Assembly (NCBI GenBank): GCA_963725665.1
Contig: CAVRZA010000001.1
Location: forward strand, 512,514 to 576,513
Reading direction: 5' to 3'
Origin: an uncultured Actinomycetes bacterium
GTDB lineage: Bacteria; Actinomycetota; Thermoleophilia; UBA2241
DNA: 64,000 nucleotides
In this document: piece after piece, positions 60,294 to 64,000 of the stretch
Layout of the letters: each line of letters begins with the position of its first letter
Numbering within the stretch: the stretch's first letter is position 1
Made by a program: the position numbers and the translations under genes
Notes under the pieces: generated by a model
What the model was told of the DNA's origin: nothing
The model's input: only the letters and a program-made list of their open reading frames with translations
Databases searched by the model: none

Positions 60294-60824
60294 ATGGATA
60301 TTCACGTAATCGTCCAAGATACCGTCGACTTTGTCCGCACCAACCAGGCCTGGGCGGTGCCGGTCGTTTTTGCGCTGGCGTTCGGCGAGTCGCTCGCCTT
60401 TATATCGCTCTTGATTCCCGCCTGGGGCGCGTTGGTTGCGATCGGCGCCCTGATCGGCTCGAGCGGAATTAAATTCTGGCCAATCTGGGTCTCGGCCTCG
60501 CTCGGTGCCGCTTTCGGCGACTGGCTGTCTTACTGGATCGGGCTCAAACTCGAACACACCGTCGCGAATGTGTGGCCGCTATCGCGTCATCCCGATCTGA
60601 TTCCGCGCGGCGAAATTTTCATGAAGAAGTGGGGTATCCCCGGCATCTTCATTGGTCGTTTTTTTGGGCCCTTACGGGCATCGGTGCCGTTGATTGCGGG
60701 CATTTTCGAAATGCCGTTCTGGCGCTTTCAACTCGCCAATTTCAGCTCGGCCTTTGTCTGGGCTGCCGTGCTGCTCACAATTGGCGATGGTATTTCCAAA
60801 GCAGTGAAGTGGATTTGGTGGTAA
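60294..60824 (+). CDS. DedA family protein
   Basis: FGES…GDWLSYWIG…GRFFGPLRA. Confidence 0.9.
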   Translation: MDIHVIVQDTVDFVRTNQAWAVPVVFALAFGESLAFISLLIPAWGALVAIGALIGSSGIKFWPIWVSASLGAAFGDWLSYWIGLKLEHTVANVWPLSRHPDLIPRGEIFMKKWGIPGIFIGRFFGPLRASVPLIAGIFEMPFWRFQLANFSSAFVWAAVLLTIGDGISKAVKWIWW

Positions 60825-60830
60825 TCGCAT

Positions 60831-60862
60831 AAAAAAATCCGCCGGGCTTTTGGCCCGGCGAA
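60831..60862. terminator. Terminator between convergent genes
   Basis: A7 run plus cgccgggc-tttt-ggcccggcg hairpin. Confidence 0.65.
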
Positions 60863-60878
60863 TGATTGAGACCGTTTT

Positions 60879-61847
60879 TTATCGGCTGAGCTGGATCAGG
60901 CGGATTTCGCCTTTGACCAGATCGGGTACGGCCACCATCAAGCCTTGCTCATTCGGGAAAGCGCAGAAATCGGCCGGACCTTTGAAGTCGCCGGCAAGCT
61001 TCTGCATGCCGTCCTTCTTGTTCCAGCGCGTGAGGGAGCCGGTCTTCCAGTCGGTGAAAAGAATGTCGCCGTTCCGCATCTGGTAGAGCCCGTCGAGCAG
61101 GCCGAATTCATCCGTCAGTGCGACCGGGGCGTTGCCCGCCACCATCGAATAGATGGCGCGCGGATTGTCTTTATCCTTGAGGCCCACCATCAACAGCACG
61201 CCGCCTTTGCCAGGGAAGAGTCCATTTGGATTGATGGCCTTGTCCATGACTGGCATGCCAGCTTTCCCAGCGAAAGGCCCATTTGGGTTGACGGCTTTGT
61301 CTTTGAACACCACTCTGATCGTCGGCGCCGATTTCGATTTCAGGAAATCGGCCGGCTCCACGCGCACCAACTGGTCGGAGCGGTTGTCGCTCACATAAAG
61401 TGCGCCCTTCATCCAGGTCACGTCATTGGCGAAGACGACTCCTGGCAATTCCAGTTTTTTGCCTTCCTTGGTCTTGAGGTCGAAAACCCAGATCGCGTCG
61501 ATGTCGGTCACCCAAAGCCGGTTGCCGCGGATCCAGAGTCCCTTCGGCTTGTTGAGCACCTGGCCCTTGGCCGGAAGGAAGCCGTCTTCCAGAATTTTCC
61601 CGTCGAGTGAAACCTTGGTGATCTTGCCCTTGCCGTCCTTGTCGCCTGACTTGAGTTCGGGCCCAAAGTCGCTGGTGTAATAAGCCTTGCCCCTGGGATC
61701 ATAGGCGACGGACTCAACGTGACCAAAGCCGGTGACGGTTTTGTCGGAAAGCACCTTTATATCTTTCGCCGACGCGGCGGGCGCGACTGCGAATTGAAAC
61801 GCGGCAAAACTAGAGAGCATGACCGCAGCAAAGACTATTCTTGTCAT
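60879..61847 (-). CDS. Secreted beta-propeller (SMP-30/gluconolactonase-like)
   Basis: ESV, NKPKGL, FANDV, NPNGL, DGL, GPAD repeats. Confidence 0.75.
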   Translation of the reverse strand: MTRIVFAAVMLSSFAAFQFAVAPAASAKDIKVLSDKTVTGFGHVESVAYDPRGKAYYTSDFGPELKSGDKDGKGKITKVSLDGKILEDGFLPAKGQVLNKPKGLWIRGNRLWVTDIDAIWVFDLKTKEGKKLELPGVVFANDVTWMKGALYVSDNRSDQLVRVEPADFLKSKSAPTIRVVFKDKAVNPNGPFAGKAGMPVMDKAINPNGLFPGKGGVLLMVGLKDKDNPRAIYSMVAGNAPVALTDEFGLLDGLYQMRNGDILFTDWKTGSLTRWNKKDGMQKLAGDFKGPADFCAFPNEQGLMVAVPDLVKGEIRLIQLSR

Positions 61848-61923
61848 GATTGTCCCCCGGAAATGGCTATCGAGAATCCGCCGGGATTTTCATCCCGGCG
61901 GATCGGATTTCAGTGCGAGGCGA

Positions 61924-62463
61924 CTACTTCAATCCCGCAACGCCTGCCTGTGAGATGGTATCGTCCTGCGAGCCGGTGCCGCCACTGGCGCCAACAGCAC
62001 CAATAATCTTGCCATCGACGATCAATGGATTGCCGCCGCGCGAGAGGATCACGTCGTCGAGCGTCGACAGGTAGGCAAAGTAGGGCCCTTTAGCGAACAA
62101 CCGTTCAAATACGACCGTCGGACGCCGATAGCGCGCGGCTGTGCGCGCCTTGTGCTGCGAGATCGAGATCGACGCGATCTGACAGTTGTCTTGCCGCTCG
62201 AAGTAAACGAGTTCGCCGTACGGATCGACGACAGCGACGCACATCGTGTTCCAATTCCGTTTTTTGGCTTCCGCGATAGCGGCCGCCGCAACCTTTTTGG
62301 CCGTCTCGTTATTGATCGCGGCGCCTATGGCGGGCCCGGACGATGCTTCCGGTACAGGGCCATCATTCGGATTATTCGGATCAGGCGGCACTTGCGCAAA
62401 AGCGGCCGAACTTATCAGCAGCGCAGCGCCCAGGGCGCCCGCCAACATAGTCAAACGACGCAT
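61924..62463 (-). CDS. GlcG/HbpS heme-binding protein
   Basis: VAVVD.GEL…KARTA…GG.PL…IGAVGASG. Confidence 0.9.
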   Translation of the reverse strand: MRRLTMLAGALGAALLISSAAFAQVPPDPNNPNDGPVPEASSGPAIGAAINNETAKKVAAAAIAEAKKRNWNTMCVAVVDPYGELVYFERQDNCQIASISISQHKARTAARYRRPTVVFERLFAKGPYFAYLSTLDDVILSRGGNPLIVDGKIIGAVGASGGTGSQDDTISQAGVAGLK

Positions 62464-62644
62464 ATTTACTCCCTCCCAAGTGATTGATTATCCCGGTGGA
62501 CCCGGTCGGGCTCTTGTCCCGCGTTGAGTATCGCAGGACTATCCCCGCGGGTAGCTTAGCCAACCGTTTGGCATTCGCCTATATGGTTTGCCGTATTCCG
62601 GATAAGGAATATGGCCTGACATCAGGGGTTATTGCGCGGCCGCC

Positions 62645-64000
62645 ATGACCGAAACCGCTTTCGAAGCTGCACTCACGGCGCGCACGGCGGATATGCTCGA
62701 CGCCTGCACGCGCTGCGGGAAATGTGTCGAGGTCTGTCCCGTGGCGAAGCCCGCGGGCGTCGGCGACGCGACTCCAGAAAGCGTGATTTCCGGCGTGCTC
62801 GATATCGTTCGTACGGGCGAAGGACCGGCAGCATCGAAGGCCTGGGCCAAGGGCTGCGCGTTGACTGGCGATTGCATCGCCGCCTGCGGCGACGGCGTTA
62901 ATCCGCGGTTCCTATTGGCAATGGCGCGCGTGGCTCTTGCAAAACAGTCAGTTGAGCTGCGCGACAGGCGCAAGCAGGGCATCGAGAATTTCCGGTTGAT
63001 CGCGGACGGCGTCAACGTGCTGGCGCGCATGCAGCTCGATGAAGACGAACTCGCGCGGCTCGGGCAGCAGGTTAATGAGCGATTGCAGAATGGGTCGACT
63101 GCGAAGCCCGGCGAGCGGCCGGATTTCGTCTTCTACACCGGCTGCAATGTGCTCAAGACGCCGCATATGGCGCTGATCGCGCTAGATATGATGGATGCTC
63201 TTGGTGTGACTTACCGCGTCATGGGTGGCCCGACCCATTGTTGCGGCGTGATCCAATTGCGTGCCGGCGACACAGATGTGTCCGGCCGCGTCGCCAGCAA
63301 TTCGCTCGACAAGCTCGCAGAAGGAAAGACCGGCGTTATTTCGTGGTGCGCGAGCTGCCACGTGCAGTTCACCGAGACCACGATCCCGACCGTCGAGAAG
63401 GTGAGGGGCTCGCGGCCGTTCGAGATGACGCCATTCATGTTGTTTCTGAAGACCAGGTTCGAAGACCTTCGGCCGATGCTCAAAAATCCCGTGCCTATGC
63501 GGATCGCTTTGCACAAGCATCCGGGGGTCAAGGGCGTGGTCGAGGCCGGCACCGAACTGTTGCGCATGGTGCCCGGCATAGAGATCGTCGACCTGCATCA
63601 GCCGGCGGTTGGTCTCATGAGCAACGCGCTCAATGCACTGCCGGACTACAAACGCGGCCTCCAGCTTGCGGAACTGGAAGCCGCCGAGGCTGCCAGCGTG
63701 GATGTTCTGGTGGCGATCTATCATGTTGATCACCGGGAACTGTGCGCGCACGAACGGGACTGGCCGTTCCGCATTATCAATATTCTGGACATCGTGGGGT
63801 CCAGTATGGGCCTCCATCACGACGATCATTTCAAACGCCTGAAGATCATGCAGGATGCCGATGCGATCGTGGCCGACTGCAAGGATATGATCGACGCCTA
63901 TCGCATTGACCCGGTGATGGCGCGTTCAGTGGTGGTCAAGGCGATGCTCAATGAGCAGCCATTGCCGCTGGTTGGACAGCGGCTTGACCGGGCGAAGGGT
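62645..64000 (+). CDS. Fe-S protein with CCG domain (HdrD/GlpC-like), 3'-truncated by window edge
   Basis: CTRCGKCVEVCP, CALTGDCIAAC, YTGC, HCCG, WCASC; open to the end. Confidence 0.85.
   Translation, partial: MTETAFEAALTARTADMLDACTRCGKCVEVCPVAKPAGVGDATPESVISGVLDIVRTGEGPAASKAWAKGCALTGDCIAACGDGVNPRFLLAMARVALAKQSVELRDRRKQGIENFRLIADGVNVLARMQLDEDELARLGQQVNERLQNGSTAKPGERPDFVFYTGCNVLKTPHMALIALDMMDALGVTYRVMGGPTHCCGVIQLRAGDTDVSGRVASNSLDKLAEGKTGVISWCASCHVQFTETTIPTVEKVRGSRPFEMTPFMLFLKTRFEDLRPMLKNPVPMRIALHKHPGVKGVVEAGTELLRMVPGIEIVDLHQPAVGLMSNALNALPDYKRGLQLAELEAAEAASVDVLVAIYHVDHRELCAHERDWPFRIINILDIVGSSMGLHHDDHFKRLKIMQDADAIVADCKDMIDAYRIDPVMARSVVVKAMLNEQPLPLVGQRLDRAKG

Overview
The window has two unrelated halves. 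Bases 1 to ~45,860 are very GC-rich DNA that looks actinobacterial (Thermoleophilia-like, by inference) and form a heavily rearranged accessory region. It starts with a degraded tyrosine integrase at 736-~2000 (minus strand). About ten diverged copies of only the last ~30-260 nt of that integrase (…SERLGHATVSITLDTYSHAIPAMQEEAAALIAGLVFAG*) then recur, all in the same orientation, out to 45.5 kb. Seven copies lie in 14.2-20.8 kb, separated by only one or two small genes (VOC/glyoxalases, alpha/beta hydrolase, SRPBCC, C2H2 zinc finger, BlaI, Rieske). In several copies the terminal ~90 nt can fold into an imperfect bulged hairpin. This is the main candidate novel system: an integron-like cassette array whose repeated site is the integrase's own 3' end. 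The same half carries amt, an acyl-CoA ligase plus 2-oxoacid oxidoreductase operon, displaced rpoD/rpsR/csp paralogs, a GGDEF-EAL protein, a ~500-bp duplicated gene unit, two tRNA 3' remnants, IS256/IS110/IS3 scars and many gene fragments. From ~45,860 to the end the DNA is less GC-rich and typically alphaproteobacterial (Omp25-type porins, DUF992, DUF3551, HdeA, arylsulfatase, patatin, AI-2E, DedA). It joins the first half through a truncated, frameshift-riddled histidine kinase, most likely a chimeric assembly junction. All product calls come from motif recognition by eye; no searches were run.
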